Assembly: GCA_002778785.1 (NCBI GenBank)
Contig: PEZS01000001.1
Location: forward strand, 13,894 to 77,893
Source of the DNA: Bdellovibrionales bacterium CG10_big_fil_rev_8_21_14_0_10_45_34
GTDB lineage: Bacteria; Bdellovibrionota; Bdellovibrionia; Bdellovibrionales; 1-14-0-10-45-34
Length of the DNA stretch: 64,000 nucleotides
Direction: 5' to 3'
The notes below the pieces were generated by a model that did no database searches, had not been told where the DNA came from, and saw nothing but the letters and a program-made list of their open reading frames with translations. Shown piece after piece: positions 22,420-33,355 of the stretch; the first letter of the stretch is position 1; each line of letters opens with the position of its first letter. The translations under genes were made by a program, and so were the position numbers.

Positions 22420-23100
22420 ATGGACATTCTTGAGATTGCGGTTAAGATTTTATTCTTCTTTGTGCCTTTTTTATTTGCTTTGTCTTTTCATGAGTTTGCG
22501 CACGGATGGGTGGCCAAGCGTATGGGAGACAACACGGCAGAGATGATGGGCCGCCTCAATTTAAACCCACTCTCGCATGCAGATCCGCTAGGTACATTCG
22601 TGCTACCGCTCTCAGCGCTTTTGATCTCTGCAACGACAGGAGCTGCACCGTTCTTTTTTGGTTGGGCCAAACCTGTGCCAGTCAACTCTCGTAACTTAAC
22701 AAAACCTAAGCACCAGATGTTTTGGATTGCTTTAGCCGGTCCGCTGTCGAATATTTTTCTCGCTTTCGTGGGCGCATTCGTTTACCAGCTTTTCGTACTT
22801 AAGCTCAATCATGTCTCGTATGCCGGTGGTGTGATGGAGCTGACCAGCTTCTTCATCATCATTAACTTATTCTTAGCAGTGTTCAATTTGCTTCCGCTAC
22901 ATCCACTCGACGGCGGAAAGATCATTTCACGCTTTCTTTCTGTGGAGCTAGATCGCAAGCTCGAGCATTTAAGCCAATACTCCTTTTTAATATTTATGGG
23001 ACTCATTCTCTTTGGCGCTTTTGCTTATTTGGCGATTCCTGTTTATTACGTTCGAAACGTCTTTCTGTGGGTTTGGGCAAATTTGATTGGATTGGTATGA
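22420..23100 (+). CDS. Site-2 protease family (M50) membrane metalloprotease
   Basis: HEFAH, FNLLPLHPLDGG. Confidence 0.92.
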   Translation: MDILEIAVKILFFFVPFLFALSFHEFAHGWVAKRMGDNTAEMMGRLNLNPLSHADPLGTFVLPLSALLISATTGAAPFFFGWAKPVPVNSRNLTKPKHQMFWIALAGPLSNIFLAFVGAFVYQLFVLKLNHVSYAGGVMELTSFFIIINLFLAVFNLLPLHPLDGGKIISRFLSVELDRKLEHLSQYSFLIFMGLILFGAFAYLAIPVYYVRNVFLWVWANLIGLV

Positions 23101-24128
23101 CAGAGCAAAAGTCAGAAAAAAAGCCAGCGATGAAACGGGTCATGAGCGGTATGCGAACAACGGGTTCGCTACATATTGGTAATTATTTTGGGTCTTTGAT
23201 TAATTACGTAAAACTTCAGAACGAAGGGTACGAATGTTTTTTCGGAGCAATGGATTGGCACGCACTCACAACGTCCTACCGTGATTCTGAAAGTGTGGGT
23301 AATTATACCCGTGACATCATCGCCGACTGGCTTGCATGGGGAGTCGATCCAGAAAAATCTGTTGTTTATATACAAAGCAAACTTCCGGAGCTTTTGGAAC
23401 TCACGATGGTATTTGCCAATCTCACACCGATGGGTTGGCTTGAGCGAGTCACAACCTGGAAAGACGCTATCGAAGAAATGAAATCCACCGACACCCACAA
23501 TTTGGGACGATTTATGTACCCGGTTCTTCAGGCGGCGGACATAGCCATCTTTAATGGTGAAGCCGTGCCGGTGGGTAAAGATCAAGTGCCTCACCTTGAG
23601 CTCAGCCGAGACATCATTCAAAGATTCAATAGAATCTACGGGGTGACCCTCAAAGAGCCGCAGCCTCTCTTAACAGAAAATCCGCTTGTGCCTGGTACGG
23701 ACGGTCGAAAGATGAGCAAGTCCTACGGCAATATCATACCGCTAACGGAAGAGGCAAAGTCTTCGGAAAAGCGGATCAAGAAAATGCAAACGGATCCAGC
23801 CAGGGTGCGGCGTGAAGACCCAGGGGAGCCTACAAAGTGCCCTGTGTACTATATCCACAAACTCTACTCGAGCGACGACGATTTGGCTTGGGTTGAAAAG
23901 GGCTGCCGTTCGGCCGGAATCGGCTGCGGGGACTGTAAGGGGCGTCTGATCGAGAACCGCGAAAAAGTCATGAGTGGGCCCCGTCAAAGAAAGAATGAAC
24001 TCTTGAACAACAAGCAAGAACTTGATTCAATCTTGTCCAGGGGTTGCGATCGGGCCCGCGCGGAGGCGGCAAAAACAATGGCCTCAGTGCGTAAAGCCAT
24101 GAAATGGTCGGGAGGAAGTTTTTCGTGA
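23097..24128 (+). CDS. trpS: Tryptophan--tRNA ligase
   Basis: HIGN, YPVLQAADI, VPVGKDQ, KMSKS. Confidence 0.96.
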   Translation: MTEQKSEKKPAMKRVMSGMRTTGSLHIGNYFGSLINYVKLQNEGYECFFGAMDWHALTTSYRDSESVGNYTRDIIADWLAWGVDPEKSVVYIQSKLPELLELTMVFANLTPMGWLERVTTWKDAIEEMKSTDTHNLGRFMYPVLQAADIAIFNGEAVPVGKDQVPHLELSRDIIQRFNRIYGVTLKEPQPLLTENPLVPGTDGRKMSKSYGNIIPLTEEAKSSEKRIKKMQTDPARVRREDPGEPTKCPVYYIHKLYSSDDDLAWVEKGCRSAGIGCGDCKGRLIENREKVMSGPRQRKNELLNNKQELDSILSRGCDRARAEAAKTMASVRKAMKWSGGSFS

Positions 24129-25339
24129 GTGTTCACGTTTCGTTGGACCAGTTTGAAGGTCCATTGGGTTTACTTCTCTATTTGATTCGAAAAGATGAGT
24201 TGGATATTTATGATATTCCTATTCATCGAATTACAGAGCAGTATCTTGACCAGATCAAAAAAATCGTGGAGCTAGATCTTGAAGCTGCAGGCGATTTCGT
24301 TGCCATGGCGGCAACCTTGCTTCAAATCAAATCCCAGATGCTGGTGCCTTCTTACAACGAAGTGGGTGAGCCTATCGAAGTCGAAGACCCGCGCAAAACG
24401 CTGGTTCAGCGCCTTCTGGAATATCAAACGATACAAGAGGGAGCACGTTTGCTCTCCCAAAGGCCCTGGCTGGGGCGTGAGCAATGGGCTCGAGGAATTC
24501 GTGAGAATATCGACGCAAATTCTGATGAAATTGACCTCGATGATAAAGGCCTCTTTGCGCTCATTTCCTCTTTTCGCACTGTCATGCGAAAGATCAAAAA
24601 GAAAGTTCACAAAGTGGCAGCGAGTGGCCAGAGTGTGGCTTCACGAATTCTCGAACTAAAGCGATGGTTGGTTCCCGATAAGCGTGTGGAGCTGCACGAA
24701 CTACTAGCGCAAGAAATGGAGTTTAACCGGAGTTCGCATGGCGTCGACAGCTCTTCTGCTTCTTCGGCTCAGCCAAAAGCCGTTTCAGAAAAACTATTGA
24801 TTAGCTTTTTATCCGTTTTAGAACTCACAAAATTGGGCTTCTTAAGAATTTTTCAATCGGACGTCTACGGGCCTTTATGGCTAACTCCGATTAAAGAAAT
24901 TTCGGATGATGTTGTAAATCGAGTTGAAGAATTCGACGCACAAGATCCTAATGCGACTGCCGAAAAGTGGGCCAGTCTCGCTGAGAATGAAGTTTTGAGT
25001 GAGGCAGCAGAAGCCGATGAAAATTCAAACTTGAATATAGGCCAAAGCGCGAACGTTAACTCTAGTGAATCTGGTTATGAAAATTTAGGTGTTGAAGGGA
25101 GTTTGAATTTAAAGAGAAGCCCACATACAGAGGCAAACGCAAACGCAGATGCACATGCAAATTTGATTCCAAATGAAGAAATGAATTCTTCTCACATATC
25201 CGATACCGAACTTGCTCTTGGCGCTGACAAGTCAGAGGAGTTCAATGACTTACAAAATGAAATGTCGCCGACTGCGGAGTATGCAACGGATGACGATATA
25301 ATAGCTGCTGAAAAAGAATTGGGTTTAGATTCGTTCTAA
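24125..25339 (+). CDS. scpA: Segregation/condensation protein A with acidic C-terminal tail
   Basis: FEGPLGLLLYLIRK..LDIYDIPI..IT.QYL, FLSVLEL. Confidence 0.92.
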   Translation: MSVHVSLDQFEGPLGLLLYLIRKDELDIYDIPIHRITEQYLDQIKKIVELDLEAAGDFVAMAATLLQIKSQMLVPSYNEVGEPIEVEDPRKTLVQRLLEYQTIQEGARLLSQRPWLGREQWARGIRENIDANSDEIDLDDKGLFALISSFRTVMRKIKKKVHKVAASGQSVASRILELKRWLVPDKRVELHELLAQEMEFNRSSHGVDSSSASSAQPKAVSEKLLISFLSVLELTKLGFLRIFQSDVYGPLWLTPIKEISDDVVNRVEEFDAQDPNATAEKWASLAENEVLSEAAEADENSNLNIGQSANVNSSESGYENLGVEGSLNLKRSPHTEANANADAHANLIPNEEMNSSHISDTELALGADKSEEFNDLQNEMSPTAEYATDDDIIAAEKELGLDSF

Positions 25340-25365
25340 AAAGACTTAAGACAACGGAGTGGATT

Positions 25366-26787
25366 TTGGCAAAAAACAATAAAAGCGGCAAAGTGAAAGC
25401 ATTGAGCGAAAACGCCATAAAGGCTGCAATCGAATTTACGAGTGAAAGCGATAGTGCAAAAGACCGTGAGATTGACTATGAGATTGACTATCAGAATGAC
25501 AGTGAAAATAGCACTGATACATCTGGTACAGACACAATAAGTATTGGTTCAATGAAGGCAAGCTTCGAAGAAGAAGATAAAAGGCACCAGTTGGCTGATG
25601 AATTCGACGAGATTGTTGAAGAAACTGAATCATTATCAGAAGAGTCCCAGCCTTCTGTAGCGGAGTTCTCATTAGAAGAAGAGTCTGAAATGGAAGACCC
25701 GGATTTTACCGGCTCTGAATTTGACGAACTTGAACTAAAGGCCACAGAGCTTGATAAAACTGAAAAAAACGATTCAGAAGAGTCAGCTTCTGAAGAACTA
25801 CAAGAATCGGTAAATGTCTCAGGAACAGAACTCGAAGCGTTTGAGTCGGCGGAAATCGAAGAAACTGAATTTATAGAAGCCTCTCAAGTAAAGTCTATCT
25901 TAGAGAGCATATTGTTTAGCACAGACAAGCCTTTGAGTTTTGATCTTATCCATCAGGCGTTTAAAGGCTCAAACGTCACCCGTGCTGAGCTTCGCAGTGC
26001 TTTAGAATCTTACCAGATTGATCTTGCTGATAGTCAAAGGGGCGTGACTTTAGAGATTGTCGCCAACGGTTACCAGCTGAGGACAAAAATAGACAATCAA
26101 GAGTATCTCAAGAGAATGATCAAAGGGCGTCCGTTCAAAGTTTCAGGGCCAGCGTTAGAAGTGCTTTCGATTGTTGCCTACAAACAGCCGATCGTGAAGT
26201 CTGAGGTCGATCAGATTCGTGGAGTGGAGTCGGGCCATTTGCTTCGAGCCTTAATGGATCGCGGACTTATAAAATTTGGCGAACGCAGTGATTTGCCTGG
26301 TAAGCCAATGAACTATGAATCAACACGGAAGTTTCTAGAGATATTTGGGCTTAGGAATCTTAAAGAGCTTCCTAGTCTTTCAGATATTGAAAGTCTGATT
26401 CCAGAGGGCATAGACGAGGTCGAAGAAAAGCCAAAGCTTGCTGATCTGACTGACGATCTAAGTATGAAGGCAGGCGTCACTTACTCAGAGGGCGAACAGG
26501 AACTCGAGAGAATAACCGGTCAACTTACAGAAATTTCGGCAACGACTGAGTTTTTTGAACAAGAAAAGATTCGAGAAAAAGCGCGCAAAGACAAAGAGCG
26601 CGCCGAAGACGTTAAAGAATTGCTGGCGTTAGGTAGAGAAGTGCCATTTAAAGATGTTCGATGGCTTGAAAAATACGAACGGGAATTACTAGCTAACAGT
26701 GAACCCCCAATAGATGAATCCGGGATGAGTTCACCAGCGAGCGGCGAAGCCATAACTTCTTTGGAGTCAGAAGAAAGCCTCAGCTAA
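25366..26787 (+). CDS. scpB: SMC-Scp complex subunit ScpB with long acidic N-terminal extension
   Basis: LEVLSIVAYKQPI, IRGV, FLEIFGLRNLKELP. Confidence 0.93.
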   Translation: MAKNNKSGKVKALSENAIKAAIEFTSESDSAKDREIDYEIDYQNDSENSTDTSGTDTISIGSMKASFEEEDKRHQLADEFDEIVEETESLSEESQPSVAEFSLEEESEMEDPDFTGSEFDELELKATELDKTEKNDSEESASEELQESVNVSGTELEAFESAEIEETEFIEASQVKSILESILFSTDKPLSFDLIHQAFKGSNVTRAELRSALESYQIDLADSQRGVTLEIVANGYQLRTKIDNQEYLKRMIKGRPFKVSGPALEVLSIVAYKQPIVKSEVDQIRGVESGHLLRALMDRGLIKFGERSDLPGKPMNYESTRKFLEIFGLRNLKELPSLSDIESLIPEGIDEVEEKPKLADLTDDLSMKAGVTYSEGEQELERITGQLTEISATTEFFEQEKIREKARKDKERAEDVKELLALGREVPFKDVRWLEKYERELLANSEPPIDESGMSSPASGEAITSLESEESLS

Positions 26788-27164
26788 ATCAATGATGTCT
26801 CTTTGACTCTTTCAGGGAGCTCTAGAGCCGCCCGTTCCCATTCCAAAAGCATGTCGTAGTCCTCAGGGCGCAGAATCGTTAGATCATCACCTGGATGTCT
26901 AGGCGTTAAGATCACTTCAATGCTGTGTCGCTTGAGTCCCTCAGCTGCAAGACTTGGCTTTTCACTGAGAGCGATGCTGTAGCGGTTTGTCTCTACATTC
27001 TTAAAGTATTCTGTAACTTTCGTTCGCAGTTGAATAACTGAATCGGCTCCGCCAAGGCAATGAAAGCTATATTTTATTTGAGCTGGCTTTTCTCTTGTAC
27101 CGTAAACCGGAGATGAATAGCGAAAATGACGTAACCCCGAATCGAACAACCCCCTAATTTTCAT
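26784..27164 (-). CDS. Hypothetical protein
   Basis: 126-aa ORF, SD-like GGGG upstream, no recognisable motif. Confidence 0.55.
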   Translation of the reverse strand: MKIRGLFDSGLRHFRYSSPVYGTREKPAQIKYSFHCLGGADSVIQLRTKVTEYFKNVETNRYSIALSEKPSLAAEGLKRHSIEVILTPRHPGDDLTILRPEDYDMLLEWERAALELPERVKETSLI

Positions 27165-27257
27165 AACTTACCCCCATCACTTGCATAGTTGGCCCATTGC
27201 CAACCTGTCAACTTTCAGACACGAACGACTGTTCGATGGGTTAAAGGTGTATAATTA

Positions 27258-28484
27258 TTACAGTTCGCTTAATGCGTTAGAGAGGGCCGAGCGCCTCACA
27301 CAGTCCATCGCAAATACGAAAGCTTTAACAGAGAGCCGTTTGCTGTAATCCACGCTCTCTTCACTGAGCGCTCTTAAAAACTTTCCGCAGTTGGCGTTAG
27401 ATAGCAGCTGCACTCCAGCGCCGGCGTCAAAGGCGGGGATCTCGGTGAGCGGCTCACTCACCATCTTTTCGCGAATTTTAGCCAAGGTATCCGAAAACTC
27501 GGGTGTGCCTAATATTGCAGCCACCAGCGAGCTTGAAAAAAGGAAGGGTGCTATCTTTTGAGTATTATCAGGGGCCGCTAAATACTGAAATGCTGCGCTC
27601 AGTTTCGGCGACGCAGCTGTTTGCGTAGCAAGTCTGCCAAACATGGGAGCAGCGAAAGTAAGTCCGCGCGAAATCACGGAGATCGAGATTTTAGAGGCCC
27701 AAGTGAATGCGAGCCCCGAAATGCGAAAAATAGGAACCATTGCAGCTGTAGCGCTAAAACGACTCAGGAAAGACCATGCACGTATTTTGTGCTCAATTTC
27801 ATTGCTGAGGGCGATGCCATTTTCTTTACTGCAATCAAGTACTCCCAACATGAGCATTCGATCTTCTTGCGCATTATGAACGTAGGGTAGGCCGAGCCGA
27901 TTGCGAATCAGCAATTCAAACGATTCTTTTTCAAGAAATGTAGCGCCACCCCACGCCTTCATAGTTTGAGTGTACATCGACCAATAGAGGGTCAGCCTTT
28001 CTTTGGAAGTAGATTGGCATAGGTACTTGCCTACTAAATAGGCTTCGTGCATTTCTTTTTTACGCTGGTCGGCTCTCTTTGCGCGCCTTAGGCCCACAGC
28101 TTGCGCACATGCAAAGGCCTGCCTACGCGGAACAGCTGTCAAATACTGATTGAGAATGGTTTTGAAGGGCTCGCTCGTGGATACCGAATGCGTAGTTGAC
28201 GAGATACTTTCTTCTCTAGAATTCTCAATCTGCAGGTTAGAAAGCCTCGTGTTTCTTTGCAAGTTGTGACGTTCGCGTGTATTTGCGCTTTCATAACCGC
28301 AGTACTTTTGTAGGTCGTGCTTTAATTCAAGTTGAAATGTTTTTGGGTCCTGTTTTAATTCAAGTGGAAACTGAGATTCCGCATGTACCGATTGTGCAAG
28401 TGGGAGTAGTAAAAAAAATAAAGGAACACTAAAAAGAGTTCCTTGAATTCGTTTGGCGTTGGGGTTTGAAGGCGACAAAGTCAT
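27258..28484 (-). CDS. Hypothetical secreted/membrane protein
   Basis: Signal peptide (AQSVHA), hydrophobic C-terminal half. Confidence 0.6.
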   Translation of the reverse strand: MTLSPSNPNAKRIQGTLFSVPLFFLLLPLAQSVHAESQFPLELKQDPKTFQLELKHDLQKYCGYESANTRERHNLQRNTRLSNLQIENSREESISSTTHSVSTSEPFKTILNQYLTAVPRRQAFACAQAVGLRRAKRADQRKKEMHEAYLVGKYLCQSTSKERLTLYWSMYTQTMKAWGGATFLEKESFELLIRNRLGLPYVHNAQEDRMLMLGVLDCSKENGIALSNEIEHKIRAWSFLSRFSATAAMVPIFRISGLAFTWASKISISVISRGLTFAAPMFGRLATQTAASPKLSAAFQYLAAPDNTQKIAPFLFSSSLVAAILGTPEFSDTLAKIREKMVSEPLTEIPAFDAGAGVQLLSNANCGKFLRALSEESVDYSKRLSVKAFVFAMDCVRRSALSNALSEL

Positions 28485-28502
28485 ATTTGGTGGTAAAGCT
28501 TA

Positions 28503-29549
28503 TTAAGGCGCATTCATAAGTTGCATACTTTCATACATCTCAATAGTCTGCTCCATTTTCATTTCTATCTCTGCGATTTGCGCAAGTTTAGTTGCCATAT
28601 CAGACCATTCGACATAGGCGTAGTAGGCAAACCCTGCAGAACTAATAATAAAAATAGTGCCCATATGTTCGGTCATGGCTCCCATGGCCGTCTTTGAAGT
28701 GCGCTTAACGTATTTCGCAAAAACGTCAACATATTTGGCCGCCGACAACAATGCTTCTCCTCCTGGGACGGTTCGGCCTACCTTCATCGCAAGTTTGGAG
28801 AATTTGAATTGAATGGTGTCAAAAACTCCCTTTGGCTTATATTTGGGGTTGTTGAGATTGTCATCAATGGCAAGGTCAACACCTTTCGATGCTCCATAGG
28901 TCTTTGCTAGCTCGAACATCGCCCGAGCACCCGTATATGCGGTACGTGCATTTACCCCTACGTAAGCTGCAGCCGTCCCAGTAAGCATCATCGAATGAAA
29001 AAGAAAATTCTGTCGAAGCTGTCGCACTGACTCGAGACTATTCCTTAACTCAAAAAAGACGTTTTGCTTTGTTGTCGAAGCTGGATCTAATTCATCTTCT
29101 TGACTCTCAAGAAAGTTTTTGGTTCTAGCGACGGTAGGTGAATCTACAATTGTGGCGTCAATGAGTCGAGGTTCTAAGGAGGACGAGTAAAAACTTCGCA
29201 TCTCAGACTCGGCCTTACTAATTAGGTATTGTGCCTCTGACAACTTCACTTTGATGTTCTTCTTCGCTTCTTCTAAGGCTTCCCCAAAGGCGGGGTCATT
29301 AGCTTGCGCTCGAGTCACTTCAGATGTGACAAGCACAACTGGACTACCGTCGTCTTCAGAATCATGAACTTCCATTGCGTGCCCTAAAGTGGGTACTCCA
29401 CCTGCCAACAAAGCAGCAAAAAAGTAGTTGATTGCCACCTCCCAATGAGGCCTGGCAAATGTGCTATCTGAAAGTGTATGCTTGAAGGACATTGAACTTC
29501 TCCTGTCTATTGAACTTGTGAAAAACGCCATCCAAAGTAATGCAGACAT
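28503..29549 (-). CDS. Hypothetical secreted/membrane protein
   Basis: Signal-like segment (LGHA), coiled coil plus two hydrophobic helices; exact start uncertain. Confidence 0.6.
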   Translation of the reverse strand: MSALLWMAFFTSSIDRRSSMSFKHTLSDSTFARPHWEVAINYFFAALLAGGVPTLGHAMEVHDSEDDGSPVVLVTSEVTRAQANDPAFGEALEEAKKNIKVKLSEAQYLISKAESEMRSFYSSSLEPRLIDATIVDSPTVARTKNFLESQEDELDPASTTKQNVFFELRNSLESVRQLRQNFLFHSMMLTGTAAAYVGVNARTAYTGARAMFELAKTYGASKGVDLAIDDNLNNPKYKPKGVFDTIQFKFSKLAMKVGRTVPGGEALLSAAKYVDVFAKYVKRTSKTAMGAMTEHMGTIFIISSAGFAYYAYVEWSDMATKLAQIAEIEMKMEQTIEMYESMQLMNAP

Positions 29550-29877
29550 TGAACCAGTTTAAGCCCAATTTAGCGGGGACTACGCACTCGTCCGCTCATA
29601 ATATTTTCAAAAAGTTTGCCTTTATTGCGCCTCCTGACCCAACACTTGACCGACTTGCCTCATGTTAAAGGGCACCGAGAGGTGGGGAGTTGTAAGGGTT
29701 AAGAATGACTTGGTTTCTAGGGGAAAGCCTCAGAACTTGTAGTCGCTTTAACTTGAGTCAACGAAGCTAAAACGGAACGTGATAGTCAGAGTGGCACCAT
29801 CGGACTTGGTATTGACTTTGCTCTTATAGAGGCGGGGTGGGCAAGTTGGCCCTTGCACTATTTATAAGGGGGAATTC

Positions 29878-30972
29878 ATGTCGTTCAATGGAGGAAAGCA
29901 AAAGGTAGGTTGCCAAGCAGTCGCTCAGGGGGGCGGCGGGGAAGCATTCATTAAGAATATAAAAGACACCTTTGCGTGGCTTTGTGCCGTTATGTCGTTA
30001 CTTATGTTAGTTGCGGTAGCTGCAGACGCACAGTCACAAAGGGTCTTGAATATCGGAAAGGGCGAGCAGAGTACTGTGGCGAGGCTTCGTAATTCTAAAA
30101 CGGTACCAATCTACGAAACTCAAACTTATACAACTACCTGCACAGATACAGTCCTAGCAGGTCATCGACAAGAATGTCAGGTCGTCAGGGAGCAATGTCG
30201 CACAGAAAATGTATGTCCAAACCGTAGGGGTGCCCAGTGTCGCCAAGAGAGAGTTTGTACGGGCGGACATCGCGAGTGTCGCTCCGTTCCCTACTACGAA
30301 ACTGTTTACTACAGTTGCGAGCGAACACGCACAGTCGTCGTCGGCTATGAAACCGTTAAAGAGACGTCAACCGACATTGCCGTAAGAGTTGCGAGCGATT
30401 CTTCACGAGCATTGAGTGGTCAAGAGAAGTTGCTTATCGTGGTTGATGACGACGCTGAGCTGAAAGTTAAAGGTGAGGGGCTTGACGGGGCAAATCTTGT
30501 CGAGATCAAGCGTAACCTGAAGACTGACTACACTTCTTCTATCTCGAATATCATTTCAGGCGAGATTCTTGTTGATATCATTGATGCAGCACCACTGAAA
30601 CAAAAAATGAATCTCTCAATGGGTCAGATCGAAAGACGAGGCGCAACTGTTTCATTTATCGTTAAGGATGATCTTGATCTATCAACTTTCAGGGTTCACT
30701 TAGAGTTTGAAGAGGATAAGTTTCTAGCAAACAAAGTGTTGTTTGATGGAATACTCAGCGAGCAACACCTAAAATTGCAAGCGACGGCAGGCGGAACACT
30801 CGTGAGCATCGATCTTAGCAAGCTAAGTCTTCGACACTCTCTTGATAGATCAAAGAGGCACAGAATTGAACTTCGACTCGAGCTTGATCGTGATGTAGCC
30901 GAGTACCTTAACTCCGAATCAGATGTAAAATCCATTAACGTCGAGAAAGTGATTAAGACCAAGCTGAACTAG
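29878..30972 (+). CDS. Hypothetical secreted protein with Cys-rich beta-hairpin region
   Basis: Signal-like segment, C/R/T/V-rich stretch (ECQVVREQCRTENVC...), SD GGGGGA. Confidence 0.7.
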   Translation: MSFNGGKQKVGCQAVAQGGGGEAFIKNIKDTFAWLCAVMSLLMLVAVAADAQSQRVLNIGKGEQSTVARLRNSKTVPIYETQTYTTTCTDTVLAGHRQECQVVREQCRTENVCPNRRGAQCRQERVCTGGHRECRSVPYYETVYYSCERTRTVVVGYETVKETSTDIAVRVASDSSRALSGQEKLLIVVDDDAELKVKGEGLDGANLVEIKRNLKTDYTSSISNIISGEILVDIIDAAPLKQKMNLSMGQIERRGATVSFIVKDDLDLSTFRVHLEFEEDKFLANKVLFDGILSEQHLKLQATAGGTLVSIDLSKLSLRHSLDRSKRHRIELRLELDRDVAEYLNSESDVKSINVEKVIKTKLN

Positions 30973-30997
30973 TGGTGACCCCTTGGCCTTGATACCC

Positions 30998-31030
30998 AAG
31001 AGGCTTCCGTAAGGAAGCCTCTTTTTTTTG
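30998..31030 (+). terminator. Rho-independent terminator
   Basis: AAGAGGCTTCC-GTAA-GGAAGCCTCTT followed by a T run. Confidence 0.9.
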
Positions 31031-31144
31031 GTACCACATTAACCGGCATGTCAAACGCCCAGCGGAATTCGTATAAAAACTTTGTGATGGGGTAAATCGC
31101 CACTTTTTTGAAGCCTTGTCGAAATGATGGGTTAATCTGCCTCT

Positions 31145-32128
31145 ATGTTGGAAGTAGAAGCAGAATCAGTTCGAGGTTTAGATTTAATCGGCTCAAACGA
31201 AAAGTTTATTAGAGTGGTAAGAATTGCCCAAAAGATAGCCCCAAGCCGAGCGAGCGTCATGCTCTCTGGCGAGAGCGGCTCTGGCAAAGATGTTTTGGCT
31301 CGCTACATTCACGAAATCAGCGACAGACGAGCCGGCCCTTTCGTGGCAATCAACTGCTCAGCGATTCCGAAAGACTTAATGGAGTCAGAACTTTTTGGGC
31401 ACAGCAGAGGTGCATTTACAGGCGCTGTCGAAAAAAAGATGGGACAGTTCGAAGAGGTCTCGGGGGGAACGCTCTTTTTAGATGAAATCGCCGACTTGCA
31501 CCCAAGCCTACAAGCAAAACTGTTAAGAGTGTTACAAGAAGGAAAGATCAAACGGGTAGGCGAGAACCAGTTTCGACCGATCAATATCAGACTTATATGC
31601 GCCACTCATAAAGATCTTAAAAAAGAGGTTTGTGAAGGTCGTTTTCGCGATGATTTGTTTTTTAGAATAAACGTTGTGCCAATTGAAATTCCGGCTCTGC
31701 GCGACAGAAAAGTTGATATAGTGCCCTTATCTGAACATTTTTTGAGAAAACATGTTCGGCTCAATCATTTAAAGGTACTTGGTTTTACCGAGTCTGCGCT
31801 GAAGGCACTCGTAGAATACAGTTGGCCAGGCAATATTAGAGAGCTTGAGAACCTGATTGAGAGGTCATGTCTTCTTTGTGAAAACGATTGGGTGACAGAA
31901 GAGGATTTGGGTATTGAGGCGAATCGCCTACATGGTTTTGATCGAACGGAGAATTTCTCAAAAGTGGGCTCTAATGGTGAGATCGCTCCTCTTGCAGAGA
32001 TAGAAATGAATTACATCAATCACGTACTTGATCTCAACAACGGCTGCCGAGAGAAAACAGCTAGTCAGCTCGGGATTGACCGAAAAACTTTGTACCGACG
32101 GCTTTTAAGCTCGCATGCCACCCACTAG
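31145..32128 (+). CDS. Sigma-54-dependent transcriptional activator (AAA+ and Fis-type HTH, no N-terminal sensor domain)
   Basis: GESGSGKD, ESELFGHSRGAFTGA, LFLDEI, WPGNIREL, LGIDRKTLYR. Confidence 0.93.
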   Translation: MLEVEAESVRGLDLIGSNEKFIRVVRIAQKIAPSRASVMLSGESGSGKDVLARYIHEISDRRAGPFVAINCSAIPKDLMESELFGHSRGAFTGAVEKKMGQFEEVSGGTLFLDEIADLHPSLQAKLLRVLQEGKIKRVGENQFRPINIRLICATHKDLKKEVCEGRFRDDLFFRINVVPIEIPALRDRKVDIVPLSEHFLRKHVRLNHLKVLGFTESALKALVEYSWPGNIRELENLIERSCLLCENDWVTEEDLGIEANRLHGFDRTENFSKVGSNGEIAPLAEIEMNYINHVLDLNNGCREKTASQLGIDRKTLYRRLLSSHATH

Positions 32129-32144
32129 TTGCCGACTAATGCAA

Positions 32145-33177
32145 TCAAAACAATTGAAGCTGGTTTGCGGTGTCGGGTTTGGCTTCTGACTTCTCAGAAA
32201 GTCGAACACCAATACCGATAAGTCGCACGGGTTTCTTTGCTCGATTATAGGCTGCAGCAACGAGATCTGAAAAGCTCGCGACTGTGGGCAAAGTTCTGTT
32301 GGCTCGTTCGAGAGTGGTTTGCGAAAAGTCATAAAACTTGATTTTGACAACATGGCCAGAAATGGCTTCAGTGGCATTTGCTTTAGTTAGTCTTTGCTTA
32401 AAGTTTTCATAAAGTTTTGGCAGTTGCTCCAGGCATTCTTCAATCGACTTTAGGTCTGTGAAGTAGGTATTCTCTACGCTCAATGATTTTCGCACGCTAC
32501 TAGTTGAAACTGGGCGGTTATCTATACCTCGACTTAGTTCGTAGAGTCTTTGCTCCCCACCTGCCGAAGTGGGTACTAAGCTCGGTGAGCGAGCATTTTT
32601 GCAAGTCTGCACAATTCATAAGATTTAAGGAGTGCATTTTTTGAGTAGTGACTTTGCCCACACCAGGAATGCGCTCTACCTTAAGGCTGAGCATAAAGTC
32701 CGAAACCATATTTGGAGTAATCGTGAACTGACCGTTGGGCTTCTTCCAGTCGCTGGTTACTTTCGCCAAAAACTTATTCGGTGCAATCCCGGCTGAGGCT
32801 GTGAGTCGCAGTTCTTGAAAAATGCGCTTTCGAATTTCTAGAGCAGTTCTGCTAGCGATGCCTTCATTGCGTTCGCAATTGGTTAAATCAAGATAGGCTT
32901 CATCTAACGAAAGCGGTTCGATGAGGTCTGTATAGTCTTTGAAGATTTTTCGGATTTTGTAGCTTTCCGCTTTGTACTTATCAAAATTTACAGGCAATAT
33001 AACAAGATTAGGGCACAGCTTAAGTGCCGTCTTTGTGGGCATTGCCGAACGCAGTCCAAACTTGCGCGCCTCATAGCTCGCGGTTGTAAGAACGCCTCGA
33101 TTAAGGCCACCGACTGCAACGGGCTTTCCCTTTAGTTTAGGATTGTCTCTTACTTCAACGGCAGCAAAAAAACAGTT
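32145..33177 (-). pseudogene. dinB: DNA polymerase IV, 5'-truncated and frameshifted
   Basis: Reads ..NCFFAAVEVRDNP..YEARKFG.RSAMP..EPLSLDEAYLD..KPNG..IPGVGK; first ~10 codons (incl. catalytic Asp of the HxDMD motif) absent; frameshift near 32550. Confidence 0.88.
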
Positions 33178-33179
33178 GC

Positions 33180-33344
33180 TTATATTGATGCTTTCAGTAG
33201 TTCTATCGCACTTTCTACCTCTTGGCCGACCTTAGATTTTGGATCAAGATACGGAACGATTGCCGAGACCTCCCTCGCGTAAATCCAAAATTCTTCGCCA
33301 TAAGTCTTTTCAAGAAGTTTTTCTTCAACAGCCACTCTACGCAT
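33180..33344 (-). pseudogene. C-terminal fragment resembling isoprenylcysteine carboxyl methyltransferase-family membrane proteins
   Basis: Hand translation MRRVAVEEKLLEKTYGEEFWIYAREVSAIVPY... resembles the EE..L...(F/Y)G..Y..Y...V...P tail of that family. Confidence 0.45.
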
Positions 33345-33355
33345 CACGATAGAGT

